Shown here: one piece after another, positions 55,749-63,359 of the stretch | Layout of the letters: every line of letters starts with the position of its first letter | Numbering within the stretch: the first letter of the stretch is position 1 | Sequence record: PP886229 | DNA from: Escherichia phage vB_EcoM_E9 | Reading direction: 5' to 3' (one strand) | DNA length: 64,000 nucleotides | The notes under the pieces: model-generated | Told to the model about the DNA's origin: nothing | Database searches by the model: none | What the model saw: only the letters and a program-made list of their open reading frames with translations | Translations under genes and position numbers: made by a program

Positions 55749-55950
55749 AAAGACACGGAAAATTATCCGGTCAGCAGTATTCATTGGAAGAAATAAAGTG
55801 ATTCCATTTACAGCAAATGATGTGATAGCTTACCGGAAGAACTTAGTATTCACTGACTGTTTACGTGGCTTCATCTCTGAACCATTAGAAGACTTTAAAA
55901 GTCGTTGTGGTAAAGGTATCATCATTCAAGAGGCAATTATTCATGGCTGA
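55723..55950 (+). CDS. hypothetical protein
   Basis: 75 aa ORF. Confidence 0.3.
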   Translation: MKVILARDKKTRKIIRSAVFIGRNKVIPFTANDVIAYRKNLVFTDCLRGFISEPLEDFKSRCGKGIIIQEAIIHG

Positions 55951-56143
55951 CTTCTGTAAAGACTGTGCTATTGAAATGTTCGGACGTGATACAGGTGACT
56001 TAAAAGGTCTTATCACTGAAGATGACTTTAAAGCTGGCTATGCAATGCCAGTAATCTGTGAAGGTTGTGGATGTATCTGGGTAGACCATGAAGGACAGCG
56101 TGTAAAACCTTCAGAAGATAAAGAATCTTGGGAGAGATGCTAA
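55943..56143 (+). CDS. small Cys-rich protein
   Basis: Start trimmed to MADFCKDC..; Cys pairs CKDC and CEGCGC. Confidence 0.3.
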   Translation: MADFCKDCAIEMFGRDTGDLKGLITEDDFKAGYAMPVICEGCGCIWVDHEGQRVKPSEDKESWERC

Positions 56144-56929
56144 ATGGGTATTGTAAAAATCATCAATGGGGATATCTTCTCAGCATTTGATAAAGGTAAG
56201 TTTGATATTATTGGTCACGGTTGCAACTGTATGAACTTAATGGGTGCAGGTATCGCTGACAAGATTTCTAAACTTTACCCAAAAGCATATGAGACTGATA
56301 CAGAAGTTTATCTGTATGCAGGTGGTATAGGTCACAAACCCTGTGAAAATTTACTAGGTAATTTCTCTGTAGCACGTTTAAAACAAGGTCGTATAGCTAA
56401 TCTTTACACTCAGCTTAAGACTGGTAAAGATGCCCGATACAGTGCTTTAGAGTCATCTTTGAAACAGCTTAACAGATACTGTGAAGTCAATCAGTTGAAG
56501 AAAGTCGGGTTACCTATGATTGGTGCAGGTATCGGTGGGCTAGACCCTCAAGCCATCACAGTTATCATTAATCAGGTGATGAAGAGTGTAGATGTTTATC
56601 TGTATGTCTACGAAGGAGAGATGTACCACAAGTTACGCTCAGGTTGGAAGAACTACTGTGAGCCAGAATACTTTGCAGGTGTAGTAACGTTCACAGATGA
56701 TGCAGTTACCCTCTTCAGACGAAGAAAAGGTAAGATACATCAAAGTAACCCTCCGGTTGAGAAGATGTCTCTAAGTAACGCTCTAGTTACCCACATGTCG
56801 AAGGGCAATCACAGGATAGCCGTAACATTTGGCAGTGATGCAGATACATATATCTATGCAAGAACTGATGAGGATATCGAGGAAATTTTCTCATCATCAG
56901 AAGTTACCTTCTTAGACGCAAAGAGCTAA
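56144..56929 (+). CDS. macro-domain protein (ADP-ribose-binding/processing)
   Basis: ..INGDIFSAFDKGKFDIIGHGCNCMNLMGAGIADKI.. and ..KVGLPMIGAGIGGLD.. match the two glycine-rich macro-domain signatures (recollection). Confidence 0.5.
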   Translation: MGIVKIINGDIFSAFDKGKFDIIGHGCNCMNLMGAGIADKISKLYPKAYETDTEVYLYAGGIGHKPCENLLGNFSVARLKQGRIANLYTQLKTGKDARYSALESSLKQLNRYCEVNQLKKVGLPMIGAGIGGLDPQAITVIINQVMKSVDVYLYVYEGEMYHKLRSGWKNYCEPEYFAGVVTFTDDAVTLFRRRKGKIHQSNPPVEKMSLSNALVTHMSKGNHRIAVTFGSDADTYIYARTDEDIEEIFSSSEVTFLDAKS

Positions 56930-56995
56930 GAAACTCTGTAGAATATTCACAATAGGTTAAGCCTTTCTTATCTGGTAAATTTTTCAGGTAAGGAG

Positions 56996-57190
56996 GGCTT
57001 TTTCATTTCAGGATTGTGCAGGTAGAGTTCTGTAGAGAAATCTGTAGAGAGAATTTTGAACTCCAAAGAGAAAATTCATTTTCAAACTGTGCAGATAATC
57101 TCCAAAGAGCTTTTTCATTTTCAAAACGTGCAGACCCCGCTAAGGTCGGGCAAGAAAAATCATTTTCGAATTGTGCAGGTAGGTGGGTAC
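56996..57190. repeat. four direct iteron-like repeats (TTTTCATTTYCRAAAYTGTGCAG)
   Basis: Copies at about 56996, 57069, 57107 and 57155; ctccaaagag also duplicated; upstream of the first early promoter. Confidence 0.55.
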
Positions 57191-57356
57191 AGGTGGGAAT
57201 GTCGCCGTTTCTCACAAGGCTACCACATATGAAAAGAAAAGTCAACAGAAAAATTTGTAGCGGATTGAAAAATAATTCTTGATTGTAGTTCTGTTTTGTG
57301 GTAGTCGCGCGCCCGTTTCATTACAGTTTTTTGCAAAAATATTTTTAAAATTTTTC

Positions 57357-57445
57357 TTGACTCTCTGACTATGGTTATTTAATATTTGCATCAACGGGGG
57401 GCGATGACCTCCCAGCTAACTAACCTTAAACTAGGAGATTCAAAA
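57357..57445 (+). promoter_or_regulatory. early promoter plus conserved leader (type B variant)
   Basis: TTGACT-N17-TAATAT, leader hairpin GGGGGGCGATGACCTCCC, conserved RBS context ..ccttaaactaggagattcaaaaATG. Confidence 0.5.
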
Positions 57446-57826
57446 ATGGCTTATCGTGCACCTAAATTCATCAACAAAGACAACTTTCGCAACGTACTGG
57501 AGAAGGCACTTGATGAAAAATTTAACGGTAAAATAATTGTTGTTCATGCGTTCAATTTCAAGTATGATATCAACGGGAATAAAATCAACCATTACACGGC
57601 AACCATGTTAGATGGTACGCTATCAAGTGAAAAAGCCGTACTGAATGCACTGGCAGGACGCGGAAAAGTATTAGTAAGATGCGATAAGAGACGTTATCAG
57701 GGTGGCGCATATGGTTACGATGATGCTGTTTACCATCTTGAAAATATGGGCTATTCAGTGGAAAAAGCTGGAGCGTCTCAAATAATTGGCAGTGACGGCT
57801 ATGTGACAATTTTCAAAATTAACTGA
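57446..57826 (+). CDS. early small protein E1
   Basis: Start at ATG 57446 behind the conserved RBS; 126 aa. Confidence 0.5.
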   Translation: MAYRAPKFINKDNFRNVLEKALDEKFNGKIIVVHAFNFKYDINGNKINHYTATMLDGTLSSEKAVLNALAGRGKVLVRCDKRRYQGGAYGYDDAVYHLENMGYSVEKAGASQIIGSDGYVTIFKIN

Positions 57827-57991
57827 TAAAGTACTTTACAAGGGGCTTATAGTTCGATAAAGTAAGCCCCAGATAAAGAGCTTTACCACTCAATCCTAAA
57901 TTATAAAGTACTTTACAAGGGGCTTATAGTTCGATAAAGTAAGCCCCAGATAAAGAGCTTTACCACTCAATCCTAAATTGGAGATTCTAAA
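57827..57991 (+). promoter_or_regulatory. type A intercistronic element, tandem duplicate
   Basis: Two consecutive copies of aaagtactttacaaGGGGCTTAtagttcgataaagTAAGCCCCagataaagagctttaccactcaatcctaaatt, the second ending in RBS plus ATG. Confidence 0.55.
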
Positions 57992-58285
57992 ATGGCTATT
58001 ATCAAAAACGTTGTAATTACTGCAAAAACTCGCGATGACGCTCGCATCATGGCGAAAAAGTTAGGCGGGAAAGTTGTTGACAACGGAAAACAATCTGCTG
58101 TAAGATGGGGCGTGAAGACTGATAAACAGTTGAAGTTAAAAAATTCACCAATAAACCTTTTTACATGTGTAAACACTATCGGGAAGACAAATGTATACAC
58201 GAAAAAGGCATATATCAGACGCGTAGCCATGACATCACCTATTCGCACAATGAGAAGTCATGCAAAGCTGAAAATTAATCGTTAA
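57992..58285 (+). CDS. early small protein E2
   Basis: 97 aa, basic; conserved RBS. Confidence 0.5.
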   Translation: MAIIKNVVITAKTRDDARIMAKKLGGKVVDNGKQSAVRWGVKTDKQLKLKNSPINLFTCVNTIGKTNVYTKKAYIRRVAMTSPIRTMRSHAKLKINR

Positions 58286-58371
58286 AGTACTTTACAGGGG
58301 GCTTAAAAGCTGATATCTTAAGCCCCAGATAAAGAGCTTTACCACATTAATCCTAAACTGGAGATTCAAAA
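58286..58371 (+). promoter_or_regulatory. type A intercistronic element (covarying hairpin variant)
   Basis: Same flanks as other type A copies; hairpin is GGGGCTTAA-aagctgatatc-TTAAGCCCC, stem kept with a different loop. Confidence 0.55.
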
Positions 58372-58668
58372 ATGAAGTTAACAAATAAAGTCCGTGAAAA
58401 TTTAAGCAAGTTGCTCAACAAAATCAATTTTATTGAGACATCAAGAAATAGTCATGATGTTATGGAATGGTTACACGGAAAAATCAAAGGCCGTCGTGTA
58501 GTGATTTGCTTATGGAATAGTTGCAGGGAATATAAAAAACCTGTATTACAAGTCAATATCTATGATGATACTTTTAAAAGCCCTGTAAAGTCTAAAAGTG
58601 ATTTATTAGAATCCTATGAGATAACTGTAAATGGCAAAGTATCACGTAAAGAGGAAACACCATGTTAA
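58372..58668 (+). CDS. early small protein E3
   Basis: 98 aa. Confidence 0.5.
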   Translation: MKLTNKVRENLSKLLNKINFIETSRNSHDVMEWLHGKIKGRRVVICLWNSCREYKKPVLQVNIYDDTFKSPVKSKSDLLESYEITVNGKVSRKEETPC

Positions 58669-58994
58669 TGACTGGTATCACTGCAATCATTGCCATTTTC
58701 GCGCTATATAAGGCATATAAAGCCTATAATCTAGCAAATAAGGCAATCACACAGCAGGTTAGCAATAGCCTTGTAGAAAGCTTTCTAGGGCGTCTCAGTG
58801 ATGAGCAAATAAAGCGGTTAGAAATGAGCTTCAGATTCAAAGCGAAAACCTATCAGATAAGTGACATCTTCAAGGATGATTTCCAGTTAGTCGATGATTA
58901 TAATTCTCTGATAAATGCTTTAAATATCAGTGACTTAAAAGACTACTACGCTGTAATTGTTCAAGAATTGAGCAAACGAAAAAATTTCTCTTGA
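58662..58994 (+). CDS. early small membrane protein E4
   Basis: 110 aa, N-terminal TM helix (GITAIIAIFALYKAY); overlaps E3 stop. Confidence 0.45.
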   Translation: MLMTGITAIIAIFALYKAYKAYNLANKAITQQVSNSLVESFLGRLSDEQIKRLEMSFRFKAKTYQISDIFKDDFQLVDDYNSLINALNISDLKDYYAVIVQELSKRKNFS

Positions 58995-59084
58995 TTTTGG
59001 TTTTCAAAACAAGTAAATTACTAATCAACGGGGAGGGAATGACCTTCCCCACTAAGTAAAGTCCTTAAACTAGGAGATTCAAAA
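58991..59084 (+). promoter_or_regulatory. type B promoter-leader module
   Basis: TTGATT-N17-TAAATT (-35 overlaps the E4 stop codon), leader hairpin GGGAA-tgacc-TTCCC, conserved RBS context. Confidence 0.55.
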
Positions 59085-59357
59085 ATGTACACTACTAACA
59101 ACGGTCGCACCTTAAACGTAACACTGCGCCACTATGTGAACGGTGTAATGCACTTCGAGGATTTACAAGCTGAACAGCACATCTTAGATTGGCAACTTGC
59201 AGGACTCCAAAAAGCTGCTACCGGATACGGGAAAAAGATTCCAACTAGCTGGAAAGTATACTACGAAGGACGTTTGCGCAGAATTTATCAAGATGTATGC
59301 AGCAATAGCGCATCAAGTTACATCATAGTAAAAGGTAAAAAGCTGCATTTAGCATAA
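59085..59357 (+). CDS. early small protein E5
   Basis: 90 aa. Confidence 0.5.
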   Translation: MYTTNNGRTLNVTLRHYVNGVMHFEDLQAEQHILDWQLAGLQKAATGYGKKIPTSWKVYYEGRLRRIYQDVCSNSASSYIIVKGKKLHLA

Positions 59358-59442
59358 AGTACTTTACAAGGGGCTTATAGTTCGATAAAGTAAGCCCCAG
59401 ATAAAGAGCTTTACCACTCAATCCTAAATTGGAGATTCAAAA
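59358..59442 (+). promoter_or_regulatory. type A intercistronic element
   Basis: Identical to copy at 57827. Confidence 0.55.
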
Positions 59443-59847
59443 ATGACTATTAATAATCGTGAGTTATCAATCTTAAAAGCACGTTTGACCGTTAACCGGA
59501 TTAATGTTATTACATCATCAGCACCGGATGAGACATTGCACAACATTATCGGGAAGATTCAAAGTGTTATCTTAGACGTTGAAAGCGTAAAAAACTCACT
59601 GGCTGACGTTGCAGCAGGTATCACGCTAGACGGTGCACAATATGAAATGGCTGACATGTTAGGCAAATCTAAGGTAATGAATAAAGAGCTTGATTTAAAA
59701 ATGTTCCGCTTTGCCGTGAAAGTGTGGCTATCTGTCGAGTATGACGCAAATTTTGCAATCGCTGACTTTTTCGCAACATGGTTGCAACGTAATTTAACAA
59801 ATCATGATTTTCGTGATATCTGCGACGTAATTTACGCAGAACTTTAA
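59443..59847 (+). CDS. early small protein E6
   Basis: 134 aa. Confidence 0.5.
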   Translation: MTINNRELSILKARLTVNRINVITSSAPDETLHNIIGKIQSVILDVESVKNSLADVAAGITLDGAQYEMADMLGKSKVMNKELDLKMFRFAVKVWLSVEYDANFAIADFFATWLQRNLTNHDFRDICDVIYAEL

Positions 59848-59856
59848 AAATTTCTC

Positions 59857-59950
59857 TTGATTTTGGTTTTCAAAACAAGTAAATTACTAATCAACGGGGA
59901 GGGAATGACCTTCCCCACTAAGTAAAGTCCTTAAACTAGGAGATTCAAAA
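59857..59950 (+). promoter_or_regulatory. type B promoter-leader module
   Basis: Near-identical to 58991..59084. Confidence 0.55.
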
Positions 59951-60154
59951 ATGGCTACTATTAACGGCTTAAACATTGAAACTACTCACATCAAAGATAT
60001 CAAAGTTGGCGATATAGTCCTTTTTCACGGCGTAGAAAAAACCGTCACTGAAAAGGATATCAAGGAGGATTCATTCATGGGCCGGACTCTCTTCGGTGAT
60101 TCTTATTGCTTAGGTTACCTTGCAGTTTTAAAAGTTGTCAAAAATAACCGTTAA
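59951..60154 (+). CDS. early small protein E7
   Basis: 67 aa. Confidence 0.45.
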   Translation: MATINGLNIETTHIKDIKVGDIVLFHGVEKTVTEKDIKEDSFMGRTLFGDSYCLGYLAVLKVVKNNR

Positions 60155-60240
60155 AGTACTTTACAAGGGGCTTATAGTTCGATAAAGTAAGCCCCAGATA
60201 AAGAGCTTTACCACATTAATCCTAAACTGGAGATTCAAAA
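60155..60240 (+). promoter_or_regulatory. type A intercistronic element
   Basis: Same hairpin and flanks as 57827 copy, ..cacattaatcctaaactggagattcaaaaATG 3' end. Confidence 0.55.
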
Positions 60241-60783
60241 ATGAAATGCTTTCACGGTACTACTCAAGAAAACTTCGTCAACCTGATTAATAACGGTGAT
60301 AAACCATCAGGCGCATGGAATTGTTCGGATATGGATGGCAATTTTTACGTTTATCCAGAAAATAAAATCTATGGCGACGATGAGGAAGAAATAATCTCTG
60401 AAGGCATTCAACAAGCTTTAGGTAATGCCACTATAACGGCAGCTTTTCAGATGAAAACTCAAAACATTGTTATCTTGGAACTTGATATTCCAGAAGATGA
60501 GTTGAATGATGATTATTCTTGTGATAATATGTCGAGTGTGGCAAGTTTTACAGAGTATTTTGATATAAGCTGGATTAAAAAGGTTTATATCACTGAATTT
60601 AATGCTATGTTTTCACCTTTTTGTCTTCCTTCACTGGATAACCCGAACTTAAACTATCTTGATGAGTCTCTGGAACTTCTCGCTAAAAGTGTTCAGCAAT
60701 CGGACAGTATTCAGGTTTTTTGTGACATCATGGATACACTAACAGGAAACATTGCAGAAGAGGATTTGAAGAGTTTTTTCTAA
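60241..60783 (+). CDS. early acidic protein E8
   Basis: 180 aa, strongly acidic (..GDDEEEIISEG.., ..LDIPEDELNDDYSCDN..). Confidence 0.5.
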   Translation: MKCFHGTTQENFVNLINNGDKPSGAWNCSDMDGNFYVYPENKIYGDDEEEIISEGIQQALGNATITAAFQMKTQNIVILELDIPEDELNDDYSCDNMSSVASFTEYFDISWIKKVYITEFNAMFSPFCLPSLDNPNLNYLDESLELLAKSVQQSDSIQVFCDIMDTLTGNIAEEDLKSFF

Positions 60784-60849
60784 AAACCTATGCAATCACC
60801 TTATAAACACTGATTAGCCCCTCACAGGGGCTTTTAGGAGGCTTTAATC

Positions 60850-61083
60850 ATGCTTACAACCATTTACCTCATCCTTTCTATCTGTAATGGTCATTCGTGT
60901 GACTTTAAAGGGCTTGAAGAGTTTACAGGAAGTAAAGAAAATGCTATTCAAGTGTGCCAGATAGCAAGGCAAGACTATCCCGCCAGTGATGATATACAAT
61001 GTTACTTTAAGACAGAAGATGAAGACGGTGTCTATTTTGACAGCGTAGACGGTCAATATGAAATTATCATTGAAAAAGACTAG
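60850..61083 (+). CDS. early small protein E9
   Basis: 77 aa, preceded by hairpin AGCCCCtcacaGGGGCT and RBS aggagg. Confidence 0.45.
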   Translation: MLTTIYLILSICNGHSCDFKGLEEFTGSKENAIQVCQIARQDYPASDDIQCYFKTEDEDGVYFDSVDGQYEIIIEKD

Positions 61084-61172
61084 ACAAGCCTGATAAAAGT
61101 CTGTAAATTGTCAATCAACGGGAGGTAATAACCTCCCCACTAAGTAAAGTCCTTAAACTAGGAGATTCAAAA
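61081..61172 (+). promoter_or_regulatory. type B promoter-leader module (variant)
   Basis: TAGACA-N17-TAAATT; leader hairpin GGGAGG-taataa-CCTCCC (stem and loop differ, pairing kept). Confidence 0.5.
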
Positions 61173-61514
61173 ATGGCTTATGTAACCGTAATTACCGACA
61201 AAGCTGGCTCATCTTGGTCAACTCAAGTAAGCGATAAGATGTCACCTATGCAGTGCCTAAAATACTTTGAGCAATGGAACAAAGGCGAGGGTGTCAGCCC
61301 CTTTCAAGTGATGCAGATTATCCATACAGATAACGAAGGGAATAAAACTGTTTTGAATAGTGAGTACTACGCAACCAGATTTGAAACGAGATGTAAAGCG
61401 ATGAAGATATTACGCGAGTCTGGCTATTCTCATATTGCCTCACTAATCTGGGATGACCTGCTAAAAAATCAGCGTATCAGCTATGTAAAACCTGAAAAAA
61501 TATTCATCAGTTAA
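61173..61514 (+). CDS. early small protein E10
   Basis: 113 aa. Confidence 0.5.
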   Translation: MAYVTVITDKAGSSWSTQVSDKMSPMQCLKYFEQWNKGEGVSPFQVMQIIHTDNEGNKTVLNSEYYATRFETRCKAMKILRESGYSHIASLIWDDLLKNQRISYVKPEKIFIS

Positions 61515-61643
61515 TCAACAACTTACAAAAAACTTTTAAAAAGATGTTGACAATCCCTCTTGACATTGGTAACTTTGTTCGAGGGGGTTTATCTAAAAGG
61601 GATTAACTTAAAAGATTCTTTATAGATAAGCTTAAAAAATTGC

Positions 61644-61735
61644 TTGCAATCAGATATCAAAACAAGTAAATTACTAATCAACGGGGAGGGATGACCTCCC
61701 TACTAAATAAAGTCCTTAAACTAGGAGATTCAAAA
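61644..61735 (+). promoter_or_regulatory. type B promoter-leader module
   Basis: TTGCAA-N17-TAAATT, leader hairpin GGGAGG-gatga-CCTCCC; extra TTGACA hexamers and a hairpin in the 220 nt spacer upstream. Confidence 0.5.
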
Positions 61736-62266
61736 ATGAACAAGTTCAAAGCTATCAACTACATTCGCTCAAATAGTGTCATGTCTAAGCCTGTTAAGGA
61801 TACCTACGAATTCCGTTGCAATGGTGAACACTTTGCTACCATCACCAAATCAAACAACGGGGCTTATTATATCCATCGTCGTAATGTTTCTACGGTTGTA
61901 GTTTCTAACTTTATGCAAGCTGTAGCGGAACTCCTCCCGCTCTTCTTAGAAAAGTATGCCGTACAGTGTGAAAGTGTTCGTGAATGCACTAAAACAGTGT
62001 TAAACGGTTATCGTATGGCTTACGAGCGCTCTTTAAAGAGTCTCAATAAATACTACAAAGCACCGGAAGGCACTTCATCCACAGCCTACGGGGTAGGGGG
62101 CTTCAATGTCAGCCTTTACGAAGTGGAAGAAATCGAGCTTTATGACCATCGCCCAAATGGTTACGCTAAGACACTGGGAGAGGGGTTAATGCTGAATATC
62201 AAGAACTTAGAAAAAACTTTAAGAGAAATTGAAAAAGATATTGACGAGACAATCAAAAGTCTGTAA
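61736..62266 (+). CDS. early protein E11
   Basis: Start at ATG 61736 behind conserved RBS; 176 aa. Confidence 0.5.
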   Translation: MNKFKAINYIRSNSVMSKPVKDTYEFRCNGEHFATITKSNNGAYYIHRRNVSTVVVSNFMQAVAELLPLFLEKYAVQCESVRECTKTVLNGYRMAYERSLKSLNKYYKAPEGTSSTAYGVGGFNVSLYEVEEIELYDHRPNGYAKTLGEGLMLNIKNLEKTLREIEKDIDETIKSL

Positions 62267-62331
62267 ATTGTCAATCAACGGGGAGGGAATGACCTTCCCC
62301 ACTAAGTAAAGTCCTAAACTGGAGATTCAAA
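62241..62331 (+). promoter_or_regulatory. type B promoter-leader module embedded in the 3' end of E11
   Basis: TTGACG-N17-TAAATT with the -35 inside the E11 coding sequence; leader hairpin GGGAA-tgacc-TTCCC. Confidence 0.5.
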
Positions 62332-62595
62332 ATGGAACACGTAGAACTGACCACACTCTTACAAATCGCAACCGACAAGGAAGACGTAGCATTATTTCAC
62401 CGTATCGAAAGTGATTTGTTCAATGGTGAAATCATCAAAGAGTCTTACGAGGTTGTCGGATTCAAAGACGGTAAAGCATTTGGCTTTTTTGACCTCGACA
62501 AAAGCAAAGCGGTTACAAAGTACGATGTTCTATCTTGTGAGATTCTTACAAAATACAACGAAAAAAGGCTTGCAACATACGCCAACATGCAGTAA
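62332..62595 (+). CDS. early small protein E12
   Basis: 87 aa. Confidence 0.5.
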   Translation: MEHVELTTLLQIATDKEDVALFHRIESDLFNGEIIKESYEVVGFKDGKAFGFFDLDKSKAVTKYDVLSCEILTKYNEKRLATYANMQ

Positions 62596-62660
62596 ATTAC
62601 TAATCAACGGGGAGGGATGACCTCCCTACTAAATAAAACCTTAAACTAGGAGATTCTAAA
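62570..62660 (+). promoter_or_regulatory. type B promoter-leader module
   Basis: TTGCAA-N18-TAAATT overlapping E12 stop; leader hairpin GGGAGG-gatga-CCTCCC. Confidence 0.5.
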
Positions 62661-62909
62661 ATGGCTACTATCCGCGCAACTGTTAACGAATTCGGCTTTT
62701 GCTCTCTGGATGTTAAATTTGACCTTGTAGGTACTGATAACGCCTTTGAGATGGTGAAAGGTCTTATCAATCAGACCATAAAAGACTATAAACCTTCTGA
62801 TGAGTTCTGGGAGGAAACAAAACAGGAAGTTCTTACGCATGGTCACACTTATCACTATTGGGGAGAAAAAATCGTCTCCCTGTACTACGACAAAGAAGGC
62901 ACTAACTAA
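62661..62909 (+). CDS. early small protein E13
   Basis: 82 aa; last gene before a terminator and a long non-coding region. Confidence 0.5.
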   Translation: MATIRATVNEFGFCSLDVKFDLVGTDNAFEMVKGLINQTIKDYKPSDEFWEETKQEVLTHGHTYHYWGEKIVSLYYDKEGTN

Positions 62910-62947
62910 ACGCCGCAACGGGGCTAAATAGCCCCAGATACCTTTAC

Positions 62948-62972
62948 AGCCCCTTAAATGGGGCTTTTTTAC
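62948..62972 (+). terminator. rho-independent terminator closing the early gene array
   Basis: AGCCCC-ttaaat-GGGGCT followed by TTTTTT; preceded by hairpin GGGGCTaaatAGCCCC. Confidence 0.6.
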
Positions 62973-63009
62973 GTCTTATCAAAGCTCTATACAATCCCTT
63001 TCCTTCCCT

Positions 63010-63065
63010 TTCCAGAATCTATCCCACTAATTCGACAGAATCTATCCCACTAATTCGACAGAATC
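63010..63065. repeat. tandem direct repeat cagaatctatcccactaattcga (2.5 copies)
   Basis: Two perfect 25 nt units plus a partial third. Confidence 0.6.
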
Positions 63066-63359
63066 TATCTCGTACCTTAAAAGCAATAACTCTATAGCTT
63101 ACTCTATAGCCCCTTATCAAATCAACTTAAATAAAAGCCAATAACCCCCAGAAAGGGGATGGCCCATTTAAACGCTCTATAAAGCTCTATAACAGCCTTA
63201 TCAACCTAACTTAAGGGATTGCATTAACCCACTCTAAAAAGCCCTTTATAAAGCTTCCTATAGCCTCAAAAGAATCTTATAAGGGTGTAAGCTTTATCAT
63301 CTCGTTAGCTATCTTGTGAATAACTCAATAACCCTTGATAGTCTCTAAAAAGTATGTTA

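Noticed and set aside
57827-62660. Possible CRISPR array (regularly spaced near-identical repeats)
   Set aside because: Repeat units are 70-100 nt with internal promoter-like hexamers and RBS, and the intervening sequences are 200-550 nt protein-coding ORFs with RBS-ATG starts; no cas genes.
62646-62918. Minus-strand 90 aa ORF overlapping early gene E13
   Set aside because: Antisense to an ORF that has the conserved promoter/leader/RBS module; no start context of its own.
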